64,000 nucleotides of DNA from an uncultured Gammaproteobacteria bacterium (GCA_964509765.1 CAZDYI010000073.1:82-64081); one strand, 5' to 3'. Shown: positions 15,694 to 25,394, counted from the stretch's first letter. The notes: generated from the sequence alone by a model not told the origin. Numbers and translations are program-made.

Positions 15694-17079
15694 TCAAATT
15701 TGTTGCGGGCCTAGGACAGCATCCGCTGCCGCCCGAACCTTTTCGACGTGGTCGCCATGGCAGAACACAGAGTCCCTGATCAGGTGGTCGGACACTTTCG
15801 TCCCGCGGTCCTTCAGGTCCATCAGCTCGAGAAGCTTCAGGGTGTTGTGTGATTCATCCTCGACCAGCATGTTCTTGGCCTCTTTGTTGTCCGTTGCCGG
15901 CGCCAGGTCCACCGCCACAAGGTGGCGGGGCACCTTCGCTTTTTCTGCGATTTGGTCCCGAAGCTTTTCGGTGTCAGAACCGTCGACATCTCCGGCCGCT
16001 CCCTTGTTCCGATCAAACCGCGCCGCAACCTTGAACAGCCTGCGGTTCCGCATGTCGCTGAATATCGACGCCGCGCTGTCGCTGCCGCGAACCGCTCCGG
16101 GCACAAGCGCCATCTCGTCGTCCAGCGCCAGGAAGCTTGCGGGAGACGTGATCTCGTTCCCGTTGATAGTCGCTCCGTCCTCAACGGCGCGCCCGAATGC
16201 GTTGATGCACATCACCTTGCAGGCCCGTGACACGTCGTGGTGGTAGACGACGGTGTTCATGTGGAGCTTGTGGTTTACGAGCTGCGCCAGGGCCGCGATC
16301 GCCCGCCTGCCGCCGACCAGCCTCATCTCGCCGTCCACGTCCCTTACCTTCATCAGGCGGTAGATCCTCCCGGCGTCGACGTGTATCGGTATCCCGCAGT
16401 GCATCCCGTCGCGGCTGAGGTAGTCCAGCTTGTCCGCGTCGAACGGGCCGTGAACGATCTCCCCCAGGTACTTCATGTCGCTAGGCAGCCTTCCTTGGAT
16501 GGCCCGGGCGATGAAGTCGCAGCCAAGCTCGGATCCGTTCAACGACCCGTCCTTGAAATGTCCGTTCACCTCATCGATGAACTTGCGGAACGCCTCGCTG
16601 CGGACGATCTCCGCCGACAGGTCCTCGGCGCTCGTCCCTCTCGGCTCCATGTTCCTGAAGAAGAACTCGGAGTTGTGCGAGAACGGGCCGTGGCCGGCGT
16701 CGTGGCAGATCGCGGCCATCCGCAGGTTCAGCCTCTGCCCGTCCGTCACCCGCACCTCGCCGGGCTTGTTCAGGCCGTTGCACATCAGCTCGACGAGGAG
16801 CACGACTCCCATCGTGTGCTCAAAGCGCGTGTGCACTGCGCCGGGGAAGACGAGGTGCGCGCCGCCGAGCTGCCTGATCCGCCGCAGCCGCTGCAAAAGC
16901 GGCGAGTTGATCAGCGCGATCTCGTGCGGGTAGACCTCGATGGTTCCCCAGACCGAGTCGTGCAGGTACCTTGTCTTGGCGCGGCCCTTGGGTAGCCCGG
17001 CGGGCAGGAGCTCCCGCAGCAGGCCGTTGATCTCCCGCCCGAGGCCCGCCCGCCCGGCGGGCGCGCCGGCCTCAGCCAC
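15694..17079 (-). CDS. HD-domain phosphohydrolase, SAMHD1/EF1143-like dNTP triphosphohydrolase family
   Basis: RFEHTMGV, ICHDAGHGPFSH and ADKLDYLSRD blocks. 461 aa. Its start overlaps the upstream gene by 8 nt. Confidence 0.8.
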   Translation of the reverse strand: MAEAGAPAGRAGLGREINGLLRELLPAGLPKGRAKTRYLHDSVWGTIEVYPHEIALINSPLLQRLRRIRQLGGAHLVFPGAVHTRFEHTMGVVLLVELMCNGLNKPGEVRVTDGQRLNLRMAAICHDAGHGPFSHNSEFFFRNMEPRGTSAEDLSAEIVRSEAFRKFIDEVNGHFKDGSLNGSELGCDFIARAIQGRLPSDMKYLGEIVHGPFDADKLDYLSRDGMHCGIPIHVDAGRIYRLMKVRDVDGEMRLVGGRRAIAALAQLVNHKLHMNTVVYHHDVSRACKVMCINAFGRAVEDGATINGNEITSPASFLALDDEMALVPGAVRGSDSAASIFSDMRNRRLFKVAARFDRNKGAAGDVDGSDTEKLRDQIAEKAKVPRHLVAVDLAPATDNKEAKNMLVEDESHNTLKLLELMDLKDRGTKVSDHLIRDSVFCHGDHVEKVRAAADAVLGPQQI

Positions 17080-17971
17080 CGACGGGCTTGGTCAGTCCGC
17101 TGTCGAGCCGCGCGATCAGGTGCAGCCTGTCCGTCCAGTCGTAGAGCGTGTCCGCGTCCACCAGGTCGTGCCTTGCGGCCACGACCTTGGTCCTGCCGAC
17201 CGTCCCCGCGACCAGCCCCTCGCCGAGCGGCTCGATACCGTGCTGCGGCAGGCCGCGGCTCTCGAGCGCCTCCTTGATCACGAGCATCATCCCGTCGCTC
17301 TCGACGATGAACACCGCAGCCTCGACGTCGGCCGTCTTGGCCAGCGCGATGGTCAGGGCCGCGTTGTCGTTGATCCCGCGGTCGGAGTGGACCTCTGAGC
17401 TGCCGTAGTCGCTCAGGCGGGAGGAGACGAACCCGATCAGCCTGCCTGCCGCCTCGCCGCTGGAGAACAGCGCGGCGGTTATCGTCCGGCGCGGGGAAAC
17501 GGCGAGCCGCGGCAGCTGCCCGATGACCGGCATGAAGGCGGGCTTGTGCACCGTCAGCGGGATCGACCTGGTCTTGACGCAGCGCATTCCCTTGGGCAGG
17601 ACCGTCCCGGAGGGCTTGGCCTCGATCGCGAAGTCGGTCAGCTCGCCCTTGAGGCTGTCGAGCTCGCCCTCGTCGTACTCGAGGATGCCGCAGCCAGACG
17701 AGAACACAACGCCGTGTCCCTTGCGCGACGGGACGTGCAGCAGCCCCTCGCCGGCCAGCCGGCGGTTGACGTGGTCTACGGCGGCGTCGGCGAACAGGTC
17801 GCTCAGCCCGATCCTGATCACCTCGACGCTCGACACGCCGGCCTCGTTGAGCATGACGATCTCGTCGTTGCCGATGATCCGGCCGCGCGCGATCACGCCG
17901 CCCGGGACCTTCACCTCCCTCGCGAGCAGCGTCCCCTTCGCCATGTTCGGCGTGCAGCGGTCCTCTTTCAT
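17072..17971 (-). CDS. Conserved protein, tentatively MoeA-like/molybdopterin-binding-domain protein
   Basis: About 299 aa from MKEDRCT. The C-terminal half (AALTIALAKTADVEAAVFIVESDGMM...) resembles MogA/MoeA-type binding domains. The functional call is weak. Confidence 0.4.
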   Translation of the reverse strand: MKEDRCTPNMAKGTLLAREVKVPGGVIARGRIIGNDEIVMLNEAGVSSVEVIRIGLSDLFADAAVDHVNRRLAGEGLLHVPSRKGHGVVFSSGCGILEYDEGELDSLKGELTDFAIEAKPSGTVLPKGMRCVKTRSIPLTVHKPAFMPVIGQLPRLAVSPRRTITAALFSSGEAAGRLIGFVSSRLSDYGSSEVHSDRGINDNAALTIALAKTADVEAAVFIVESDGMMLVIKEALESRGLPQHGIEPLGEGLVAGTVGRTKVVAARHDLVDADTLYDWTDRLHLIARLDSGLTKPVGG

Positions 17972-17996
17972 GCCTGTCCGTCCCCCTTTGCCGTGT

Positions 17997-18926
17997 TCAT
18001 TCGCAGGTCCCCTCGCGGATCTCGAGGTCCGGGAGGGAGAACCCCACCCCCTCATTATCCAACTCCAGCCTCGCGATCCCGGCAAACGAGTAGCTCAGGT
18101 CGCCGCCGCGGACCGCCGGGCACTCGTCCGCCTCAAGTCCGGCAAAGGCCAGGTGGCCGAGCGACTCGGCCTCGCCCGCCGCCTCGGCTCGGGCTACGAC
18201 CATCTCGGTGAGCAGCGGGCGCAGCTGTGCGCCGTCCGCCTCGATCCGCTCGAACAGCGAGCCCGCGCGCTCGTTGACCGTCCGCTCGACTAGGTCGGCG
18301 AGGTGGTCGCCCTCGCCGAAGCTTCCGCGCCAGGCGGCCCTGGTCTCGGCGTCGAGCTCGAAGGACACCGAGCGCCTCTCGATGCGAACGCTCCAGTCCT
18401 CGCCCAGCCCGACGGCCCCGAACGACGCCGTCACTCGCGCGCGGAACGGCATGCGGGCGCCGGTGTCCGGCTGCTCCTCGTCGGCCGCGTACTCGCGCCG
18501 CTCGCGGACGTAGAACTCGCCCGCCATCCCGGCGCCGGCCTCGATCCGCGGGCCGTCGCCCGAGAGGCTCCCCGAGCCGGCCTCGAAGGCGAGCCTGCCG
18601 AGCATCGACGCGACCGACGGGCTGTCGGTCTCGCCGACGAGCATGCTGAACTCGCGCTCGGGCAAGATCGCGTCGAAGTCGTCTGCGGCCACGCGCAGGG
18701 TTGCCTCGGTCGACACCGACAGGTCCATCGGGTGGAGCTGGAAGCCGACGCTCACCCACACCGGCGCGGTGCCGCCGACCTGCCGCGGCAGCGGGACCAG
18801 GATGCGGTCCTCGAACTCGTGGCGCTTGGTGATGAGCCAGGCCGCGACGGCGACGGCAAGCGCCAGAAGCACCAGCAGCGCGACCAGAGCCGACGCGACC
18901 CATCCCAGGAGCCCGCGCGCGCTCAC
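17997..18926 (-). CDS. Membrane-anchored hypothetical protein (309 aa)
   Basis: N-terminal TM helix LLGWVASALVALLVLLALAVAVAAWLI. Its GTG overlaps the dxs stop (GTGA). No family recognised. Confidence 0.65.
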   Translation of the reverse strand: MSARGLLGWVASALVALLVLLALAVAVAAWLITKRHEFEDRILVPLPRQVGGTAPVWVSVGFQLHPMDLSVSTEATLRVAADDFDAILPEREFSMLVGETDSPSVASMLGRLAFEAGSGSLSGDGPRIEAGAGMAGEFYVRERREYAADEEQPDTGARMPFRARVTASFGAVGLGEDWSVRIERRSVSFELDAETRAAWRGSFGEGDHLADLVERTVNERAGSLFERIEADGAQLRPLLTEMVVARAEAAGEAESLGHLAFAGLEADECPAVRGGDLSYSFAGIARLELDNEGVGFSLPDLEIREGTCE

Positions 18927-20788
18927 TTGTTTTCCTTCCTCGCCTTCCTCGCCTTGCCGCCGGAGCCGAGGAACTCCCGGACGGACCGCCCGATCCCTGC
19001 GGCGTCCAGGCCGGCCTCGGCGAGCAGCTCGGCCGGCGAGCCGTGCTCGATGAAGCGGTCGGGCAGGCCGAGCACCCTGACCCGCGGCGCCTTGGGCCTT
19101 GCGGCGAGCATCGCGGCCACCGCGCTGCCGGCGCCGCCCTCGCGGACGTTCTCCTCGACGGTGACCACGTGGCTGTGCTCCTTTGCGATCCTGTCGACCG
19201 TCCCCCCGTCGATCGGCTTGGCGAAGCGCATGTCCGCCACGGTCGCGTCGAGCTCTTCAGCGACTTTGAGCGCGGGGGCGGCCGTCGGCCCGAAGGCGAG
19301 GATCGCGAGCTTGCCGCTGCCCTCGCGGAGGATCCTTGCCTTGCCGACCTCGACCGTTCCGTCCCGGTCCTCCGGAAGCGCCGCGCCCGGCCCGGACCCG
19401 CGCGGGTAGCGCACCGCGGCGGGCGAGCCGAGCGAAAGCGCGGTGTTGAGCATGAGCCAGCACTCGGCCTCGTCCGAGGGCACCATCACCGTCATGTTCG
19501 GCACGCAGCGCAGGTAGGTCAGGTCGAATGCGCCGTGGTGGGTCGCGCCGTCTGCGCCGACGAGGCCCGCCCGGTCGATCGCGAAGACGACCGGCAGGTC
19601 CTGGATCGCGACGTCGTGGATCAGCTGGTCGTAGCCGCGCTGCAGGAAGGTCGAGTAGATCGCGAGCACCGGCCGCAGCCCGGCGCAGGCGAGGCCGGCG
19701 CTGAAGGTCACCGCGTGCTGCTCGGCGATCCCGCAGTCGAAGTAGCGGTCGGGGAAGCGGCGCTCGAAGCCGACGAGGCCGGAGCCCTCGCGCATCGCCG
19801 GCGTGATCGCCCGGACCCGGTCGTCGCGCTCAGCGGCGTGCTCGATCCAGTCGCCGAACACCTTCGAGTAGGTCGGCCCCTTCGGCCCGGCGGTCTCCAC
19901 CTTCTGCGGCGCCGCCTGGGCGGACACGCCGTGGTGCTTGACCGGGTCGTCCTCGGCTGGGGCGTAGCCCTTGCCCTTGACTGTCGCGACGTGCAGGATG
20001 CGCGGCCCGCGCCGGTTGCGGAGCTTTGAGAGCATCGGCACGAGCGCGTCGAGGTCGTGGCCGTCGACCGGGCCGTAGTACTTGAAGCCGAGCTCCTCGA
20101 AGATCGTCCCCGGCATCACCATCCCGCGCAGGTGCTCCTCGGCCTTCGAGGCGAACTCGCGCAGGGTCGGCGGCATGACCATCGCCGAGCCCGAGCGGAC
20201 CGTGTCGTAGACCGTCGACGCGAGGACCCGCGCGAGGTTCTGCCGCAGCGCGCCGACCGCGGGCGAGATCGACATGTCGTTGTCGTTGAGGACGACCAGC
20301 AGGTCGAGGCCCTCCATCGCGCCGGCGTTGTTGAGGGCCTCGAACGCCATCCCGCCGGACATCGCGCCGTCGCCGACCACCGCGACGGCCTTGTCTCCCG
20401 CGGCCGCGTAGCCCGTCGCCGCCGAGACCGCGGTCGAGGCGTGCGCGGTTCCGAAGGCGTCGTACTCGCTCTCGGCGCGGACCGGGAAGCCCGAGATCCC
20501 GCCCTTGCGGCGCACCGTCTCGAGCCGCTCGCGCCTGCCGGTGAGCACCTTGTGCGCGTACGCCTGGTGGCCGACGTCCCAGACGATCTTGTCGCGCGGC
20601 GGCTCGAAGACGTGGAGCAGAGCGACTGTGAGCTCGATCGAGCCGAGGTTGCTCGAGAGGTGGCCGCCGACCCGCGAGACGGTCTCGTGGACGAACGAGC
20701 GCAGCTCGCCGGCGAGCTGCTTGAGCCCGTCCTGCCGCAGGGCCCTGACGTCGGCGGGCGTGGAGGTTCGCTCGAGCAGTTCGTACAT
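18923..20788 (-). CDS. dxs: 1-deoxy-D-xylulose-5-phosphate synthase
   Basis: Starts MYELLERTSTPADVRAL. GHQAYAHKVLTGRR and the ThDP motif GDGAMSGGMAFEALNNAG are present. ATG verified at 20786-20788. Confidence 0.95.
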   Translation of the reverse strand: MYELLERTSTPADVRALRQDGLKQLAGELRSFVHETVSRVGGHLSSNLGSIELTVALLHVFEPPRDKIVWDVGHQAYAHKVLTGRRERLETVRRKGGISGFPVRAESEYDAFGTAHASTAVSAATGYAAAGDKAVAVVGDGAMSGGMAFEALNNAGAMEGLDLLVVLNDNDMSISPAVGALRQNLARVLASTVYDTVRSGSAMVMPPTLREFASKAEEHLRGMVMPGTIFEELGFKYYGPVDGHDLDALVPMLSKLRNRRGPRILHVATVKGKGYAPAEDDPVKHHGVSAQAAPQKVETAGPKGPTYSKVFGDWIEHAAERDDRVRAITPAMREGSGLVGFERRFPDRYFDCGIAEQHAVTFSAGLACAGLRPVLAIYSTFLQRGYDQLIHDVAIQDLPVVFAIDRAGLVGADGATHHGAFDLTYLRCVPNMTVMVPSDEAECWLMLNTALSLGSPAAVRYPRGSGPGAALPEDRDGTVEVGKARILREGSGKLAILAFGPTAAPALKVAEELDATVADMRFAKPIDGGTVDRIAKEHSHVVTVEENVREGGAGSAVAAMLAARPKAPRVRVLGLPDRFIEHGSPAELLAEAGLDAAGIGRSVREFLGSGGKARKARKENK

Positions 20789-20826
20789 CTTGCCGCCCGG
20801 ACCCCTCGGGCGGCGGCGGGAAGGGG

Positions 20827-20899
20827 TGGAGCCAAGGGGAGTCGAACCCCTCACCTTCTGGTTGCAAACCAGACGCTCTACCAGATGAGCTATGGCCCC
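20827..20899 (-). tRNA. tRNA-Ala (anticodon UGC)
   Basis: Minus strand GGGGCCATAGCTCATCTGGTAGAGCGTCTGGTTTGCAACCAGAAGGTGAGGGGTTCGACTCCCCTTGGCTCCA folds as a cloverleaf. It has the G3:U70 Ala identity pair, anticodon loop TTTGCAA and TPsiC GGTTCGA. CCA is not encoded. Confidence 0.9.
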
Positions 20900-20938
20900 T
20901 CCGCGCGCACCCGGTCCTGCAGGGCAGTCGGGAAGGGG

Positions 20939-20944
20939 ATTCTA
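20939..20944 (-). promoter_or_regulatory. Putative -10 box TAGAAT upstream of tRNA-Ala/dxs
   Basis: Minus strand reads CTTTATTAGAATCCCC, 39 nt upstream of the tRNA 5' end. Confidence 0.3.
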
Positions 20945-21035
20945 ATAAAGCGCGGCGCATGCCTGAAAATACGCGCCTGCAATGGAAGGCGGCCAGGGGG
21001 ACGTCGCGGCCGGCCTGCCGGGCGCGGGACGGGTG

Positions 21036-21611
21036 ATGCTCGCCGTCGGCCTGCGCAACCCGGGTGACAGGTACGTGCGCACCCGCCACAACGCCGGCGC
21101 GTGGATCGTCTCGCGACTCGCCCGCGAGCGCGGGCTTGCCTTCTCGCCGGTCGGCGACCTGCCGGCCGAGGCCGCGGGCACAGCCGACGGCCTGCGCCTG
21201 GGGCTTTCCGGGACGTACATGAACGAGTCCGGCGCCGCCGTCGCGGGGCTTGCCTCGTACTTCAGGGTCGAGCCATCCTGCCTGCTCGTCGCCCACGACG
21301 AGCTCGACCTGCCGCCGGGGACCGCGCGCTACAAGTTCGGCGGCGGCAGCGCCGGGCACAACGGCCTGCGCGACGTGGCCGAGCGGCTGGGCACGGCCGG
21401 CTTCTGGCGGCTGCGCATCGGCATCGGCCACCCGCGCGACCTCGAGGGCGGGCTATCGAACATGCCGCCGGAGCGCTACGTGCTCGAGCCGCCCGGCGAG
21501 GCGCATCTCGGGCTGATCGACGAGTGCCTCGGCCGCGTGGCGGAGGGCTGGGGCGACGTCGAGTCAGGCGCGATGGACGCCGCGGTCCGGCGCCTGCACG
21601 GCGGGGACTGA
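21036..21611 (+). CDS. pth: Peptidyl-tRNA hydrolase
   Basis: MLAVGLRNPGDRYVRTRHNAGAWIV matches the Pth N-terminus. The ORF opens at 20982, but homology begins at 21036. Confidence 0.9.
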   Translation: MLAVGLRNPGDRYVRTRHNAGAWIVSRLARERGLAFSPVGDLPAEAAGTADGLRLGLSGTYMNESGAAVAGLASYFRVEPSCLLVAHDELDLPPGTARYKFGGGSAGHNGLRDVAERLGTAGFWRLRIGIGHPRDLEGGLSNMPPERYVLEPPGEAHLGLIDECLGRVAEGWGDVESGAMDAAVRRLHGGD

Positions 21612-21612
21612 G

Positions 21613-22707
21613 GTGACGCTCCGCTGCGGGATAGTCGGCCTGCCGAACGTCGGCAAGTCGTCGCTGTTCAACGCCCTGTCCGAGGCCGGGGCCGCCGCGG
21701 AGAACTACCCGTTCTGCACCATCGAGCCGAACGTAGGCGTAGTGCCGCTGCCCGACCCGCGCCTCGAGGAGATAGCCGAGGTGTCGAAGTCGGCGCAGGT
21801 CGTTCCGGCCTCGCTGCGGCTAGTCGACATCGCCGGCCTCGTCGCAGGGGCGTCAAAGGGCGAGGGCCTCGGCAACAAGTTCCTCGCGCACATCAGGGAG
21901 GTCGACGGGATCGTCCACGTCCTGCGCTGCTTCGACGACGAGGGGGTCGCGCACGTCGCGGGCCGGGTCGACCCCGTCGAGGACGCGCGGACCGTAGAGC
22001 TCGAGCTGATCCTCGCCGACATGGAGACCGTCGAGCGGGCGAGGGACAGGCTGTCGCGGCTTGCGCGCTCGGGCGACAAGGATGCCGCCGCGCGCCTCGG
22101 CACCCTGGACGCGGTCGCGGCCGGCCTTGCCGAAGAGGTTCCCGTGCGGGCGATGGAGCTCAACGGCGCGCAGCGCGGGCAGCTCGCCGAGCTGTGCCTG
22201 CTGACCGACAAGCCGGTGCTCTACTGCGCCAACCTCGGCGAGTCCGAGTCGCCGGGCGGCAGCGAGGCGTTCGCGAGGGTTGCGGGGCTTGCCGGGGAAA
22301 CGGGCGCGAAGGCGATCTCGGTCAGCGCGAAGCTCGAGTCCGAGCTCTCCGGACTCGACCCCGGAGAGCGGAAGGAGATGCTCGCGGCGCTAGGCCAGGA
22401 GGCGAGCGGCCTCGACCGCCTCGCGCGGGCGGCGTTCTCGCTGCTCGGGCTTGCGACCTTCTTCACGACCGGGCCGAACGAGTCGCGGGCCTGGGAGTTC
22501 CGCACCGGCTCGACCGCGCCGGAGGCAGCGGGCCTGGTTCACACCGACATGGAGCGCGGCTTCATCCGCGCCGAGACGGTCTCGTGGGAGGACTTCGTCG
22601 CCTGCGGGGGCGAGGCCGGCTGCCGAGCCGCGGGCAAGCTGCGCAGCGAGGGCAGGGACTACGTCGTCGCGGACGGCGACGTGATGCACTTCCGCTTCAA
22701 CGTCTGA
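21613..22707 (+). CDS. ychF: Ribosome-binding ATPase YchF
   Basis: GTG start. CGIVGLPNVGKSSLFNAL P-loop and a C-terminal TGS-like ...DGDVMHFRFNV. Confidence 0.95.
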   Translation: MTLRCGIVGLPNVGKSSLFNALSEAGAAAENYPFCTIEPNVGVVPLPDPRLEEIAEVSKSAQVVPASLRLVDIAGLVAGASKGEGLGNKFLAHIREVDGIVHVLRCFDDEGVAHVAGRVDPVEDARTVELELILADMETVERARDRLSRLARSGDKDAAARLGTLDAVAAGLAEEVPVRAMELNGAQRGQLAELCLLTDKPVLYCANLGESESPGGSEAFARVAGLAGETGAKAISVSAKLESELSGLDPGERKEMLAALGQEASGLDRLARAAFSLLGLATFFTTGPNESRAWEFRTGSTAPEAAGLVHTDMERGFIRAETVSWEDFVACGGEAGCRAAGKLRSEGRDYVVADGDVMHFRFNV

Positions 22708-22745
22708 CCGATTCAATAGAATCCCGCACAGCAGGGGAGCGACCG

Positions 22746-23336
22746 ATGGCGGACGAAGACAAGCGGGAACCAGAGTCGGCCGGGCCGGAAGAGGCTGCGG
22801 CCGGTGAGTCCGGCGCCGAGCGGGAGGACGCAAAGCCCGCCGCTTCCGCAGGGGAAGACAACGCGCAGCCGGCAGCCGAGGGCAAGCCTGCGCCGGACGA
22901 GGGCAAGGACGCCCCCGATGCTGCCGGTTCCGACGACGGCGGCAAGGGCCCGGACCTGAGCGAGGGGGCAAAGGAGGGGGAAGAGCCCGAGCCCGAGGCG
23001 GAAGCCAAGGAAGAGAAGCTGGAAAGCGCCGCTGCGGAGAAGGAGGACGGCGGGGAGAAGGGCGAGGAAGCGCCCGCCCCCGAGCCCGCCGCGGCAAAGA
23101 AGGAGGAGAAGCCCAAAAAGCCGAGGGCGGCGAGGAAGAAGGCCGCCGCGCCGGAGCCTTCCGAAGAGGAGGCGCCGCCGGAGGACGGCGGAAAGCAGGG
23201 CGCGAAGGACTCACCCCCGGCCGAAGGCGGCGGGGCGCAGGGCGCCCCGGACAAGGCCGACCGCTACTTCTGGGGCGCGCTGGTCACGATCCTGGTAATT
23301 CTGGGCGTCCTCGCGGTCCTGAGCAGGATCAACTAG
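22746..23336 (+). CDS. Acidic low-complexity protein with a single C-terminal TM anchor
   Basis: 196 aa, E/A/P/K/G-rich, ending DRYFWGALVTILVILGVLAVLSRIN. ATG at 22746 with ATAGAAT 23 nt upstream. The upstream part of the 380-aa track ORF overlaps ychF and is discarded. Confidence 0.55.
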   Translation: MADEDKREPESAGPEEAAAGESGAEREDAKPAASAGEDNAQPAAEGKPAPDEGKDAPDAAGSDDGGKGPDLSEGAKEGEEPEPEAEAKEEKLESAAAEKEDGGEKGEEAPAPEPAAAKKEEKPKKPRAARKKAAAPEPSEEEAPPEDGGKQGAKDSPPAEGGGAQGAPDKADRYFWGALVTILVILGVLAVLSRIN

Positions 23337-23363
23337 CGCCGCCGCCCCGCCCGCGCGCCGGGC

Positions 23364-23990
23364 TCAGCCGAGCCCCGCTCCCCACTTGCCGGCGAACGCG
23401 ATGGTGCCGAGATCCTTGCGCTTGCGCTCGGCGAGTTCCATGTTGCGCATGTCCTCGATCTCGATAGTCTCGGCTGCGGCCTGCTTGCCGACCGCGATCA
23501 TCGCAAGGCAGTTCCAGCCCTCGGGGATGCCGAAGGCCTCCCTTGCCTTGTCGGGGTCGAAGCCGCCCATCTGGTGCGCGCGCAGGCCGAGGGACTCTGC
23601 CTGGACCACGAGCGAGAACGACGCCGCGCCGGTGTCGTACTGGTGCCAGCCGTTCGGCTTGCCGTTGTGCTCGAAGTCGGCCCGGCCGACCGCGGCGATC
23701 AGGAGGCTCGCGTTCTTCACCCAGGCCTGGTTGCCCTCCGCGAGGCAGGGGAAGCCGCGCTCCCAGCTGTCGGGGTCGCCGTGCCGGTCGCAGAAGACGT
23801 ACGACCAAGGCTCGGCGCCGAAGCACGACGGCGCCCAGCGGGCGGCCTCGGCGAGCGCGCGGACCTGGCCCGCCTCTATGCGGGCATCGGGGTCGAAGGC
23901 GCGCGGGCTCCAGCGCCGCGCGAGGATCTCGAGGATGGGCTCGGAAGTTGTGGCTGGCTTGTTCATCGAAGAAAGCTCCTGTTGATTCAA
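23364..23990 (-). CDS. Nitroreductase family protein
   Basis: ILARRWSPRAFD... and ...GGFDPDKAREAFGIPEGW blocks are typical of the NfnB/nitroreductase fold. 208 aa. Confidence 0.8.
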   Translation of the reverse strand: MNQQELSSMNKPATTSEPILEILARRWSPRAFDPDARIEAGQVRALAEAARWAPSCFGAEPWSYVFCDRHGDPDSWERGFPCLAEGNQAWVKNASLLIAAVGRADFEHNGKPNGWHQYDTGAASFSLVVQAESLGLRAHQMGGFDPDKAREAFGIPEGWNCLAMIAVGKQAAAETIEIEDMRNMELAERKRKDLGTIAFAGKWGAGLG

Positions 23991-24023
23991 TGATGAGGCG
24001 GAGAATGATACACCATCGGTCAG

Positions 24024-25394
24024 ATGGCTGACCCGGCGGCCCTCCGCGAGGCCCTCTCCGGCGCGCTGCCCGAAGGGCGGCTCGCCTTCGACGAGGGCGC
24101 CCGCCGCGCGTACTCAACCGACAACAGCAGGCTGAGCTTCGTCCCGGACTGCGTCGCCTGGCCCGCGAGCGAGGAGGAGGTGGCGAAGGTCGTCAAGGCC
24201 GCCAACCTGACGAAGACTCCGGTCTACGTGCGCGGCAGGGGGACCGCGACGACCGGCTCGTCGCTCGCCGAGGGCGGCGGGATGGTCCTGTCGACCGAGA
24301 GGATGGACGGCATAGTCAGGATCGACGAGGCGAGCAGGACCGCGACCGTCGGCCCCGGGGTGATAACAGGCGACCTCGCCAAGGAGCTCGAGGGGCGCGG
24401 TCTGTTCTGGCCGCCCGACCCCTCGAGCGCGCCGTACTGCTCGGTCGGCGGCAACATAGCGACCGCGGCCGCGGGCCCGCGCGGGGTGAGGTACGGCGGC
24501 GTGCGCGAGAACGTCCTCGCGGTGCGCGCGGTGTGCGGCGACGGAACGGTGGTCAAGAGCGGAGCGAGGGTGCACAAGTCGTCGGTCGGCTACGACATCG
24601 CAAGGCTGCTCGTCGGGTCCGAGGGGACTCTCGCCGTCGTGACCGAGGCGACCCTGCGGCTGTTCCCGATTCCGAGGGCCGCGGCGCAGGCGGCGGCGTC
24701 CTTCCAGTCGTCCGCCGACGCGCTCAACGCGGTCGGCAGGATCATGCGCTCGCGGGAAAGCCCGTCCGCGGTCGAGTTCATCGACGAGGGCTGCATCGAG
24801 CTCGTCGGCGACGAAGGCCTGACCGGCAAGGCCGGGGCGCTGTTGCTGCTCGAGGCAGAGGGCGAGGACGCCGAGGGCGCGTCGCGCGCGATGGAGAAGG
24901 TCCACAAGTCGCTCGAGGGCGGGCCGAAGGTGACGCTCCTCGCGCAGGAGGAGGGCGGGAAGGCGTGGGAGGCAAGGAAGGTGCTCTCGCAGAGGCTGCG
25001 CGACGCAGGCGCGGTGAAGGTCAACGAGGATGTCGCGGTCCCGGTCCCGAAGCTCGAGGAGCTCGTGGACCTCGCGAGGAAGTCCGCGGCCGAGGCCGGG
25101 CTGCGCAACCTCAACTTCGGACATGCGGGACTGGGCAACCTCCACATAAACCTTCTGTTCGACGACCCCGCCGACAGGGACAAGGCGACGGAGGCCGTGC
25201 GGCGGATAATGGAGTTTGTCGTACTTTCCGGCGGGAGCATATCCGGCGAGCACGGGATCGGGATCGCCAAGCGTCAGTTCCTGTCGGTGCAGGTCGACGA
25301 GCAGAGCCTAGCGCTCCAGGAGAGGATCAAGAAGGCGTTCGACCCCAACAACATACTGCGGCCGCTTCCAATTGAAAACGAATCCAATGGTTAA
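24024..25394 (+). CDS. FAD-linked oxidase (GlcD/D-lactate dehydrogenase family)
   Basis: FAD-binding PCMH-type N-terminus (VYVRGRGTATTGSSL), ...GHAGLGNLHINLL... and a SGEHGIG C-terminal block. Confidence 0.85.
   Translation: MADPAALREALSGALPEGRLAFDEGARRAYSTDNSRLSFVPDCVAWPASEEEVAKVVKAANLTKTPVYVRGRGTATTGSSLAEGGGMVLSTERMDGIVRIDEASRTATVGPGVITGDLAKELEGRGLFWPPDPSSAPYCSVGGNIATAAAGPRGVRYGGVRENVLAVRAVCGDGTVVKSGARVHKSSVGYDIARLLVGSEGTLAVVTEATLRLFPIPRAAAQAAASFQSSADALNAVGRIMRSRESPSAVEFIDEGCIELVGDEGLTGKAGALLLLEAEGEDAEGASRAMEKVHKSLEGGPKVTLLAQEEGGKAWEARKVLSQRLRDAGAVKVNEDVAVPVPKLEELVDLARKSAAEAGLRNLNFGHAGLGNLHINLLFDDPADRDKATEAVRRIMEFVVLSGGSISGEHGIGIAKRQFLSVQVDEQSLALQERIKKAFDPNNILRPLPIENESNG

Noticed and set aside
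15694-17079. HD dNTPase as part of the lower-G+C protease cassette
   Set aside because: It is on the opposite strand (convergent), has backbone-like composition by eye, and is overlap-coupled to the dxs operon. It is noted separately at low interest.
20827-20899. tRNA-Ala as an island integration site
   Set aside because: No integrase, no duplicated tRNA 3' end and no composition change were seen on either side. It appears to be simply co-located with dxs.
22194-22745. N-terminal 184 codons of the 380-aa ORF
   Set aside because: They overlap the ychF coding region out of frame and have shadow-ORF composition. The gene is started at the ATG at 22746 instead.
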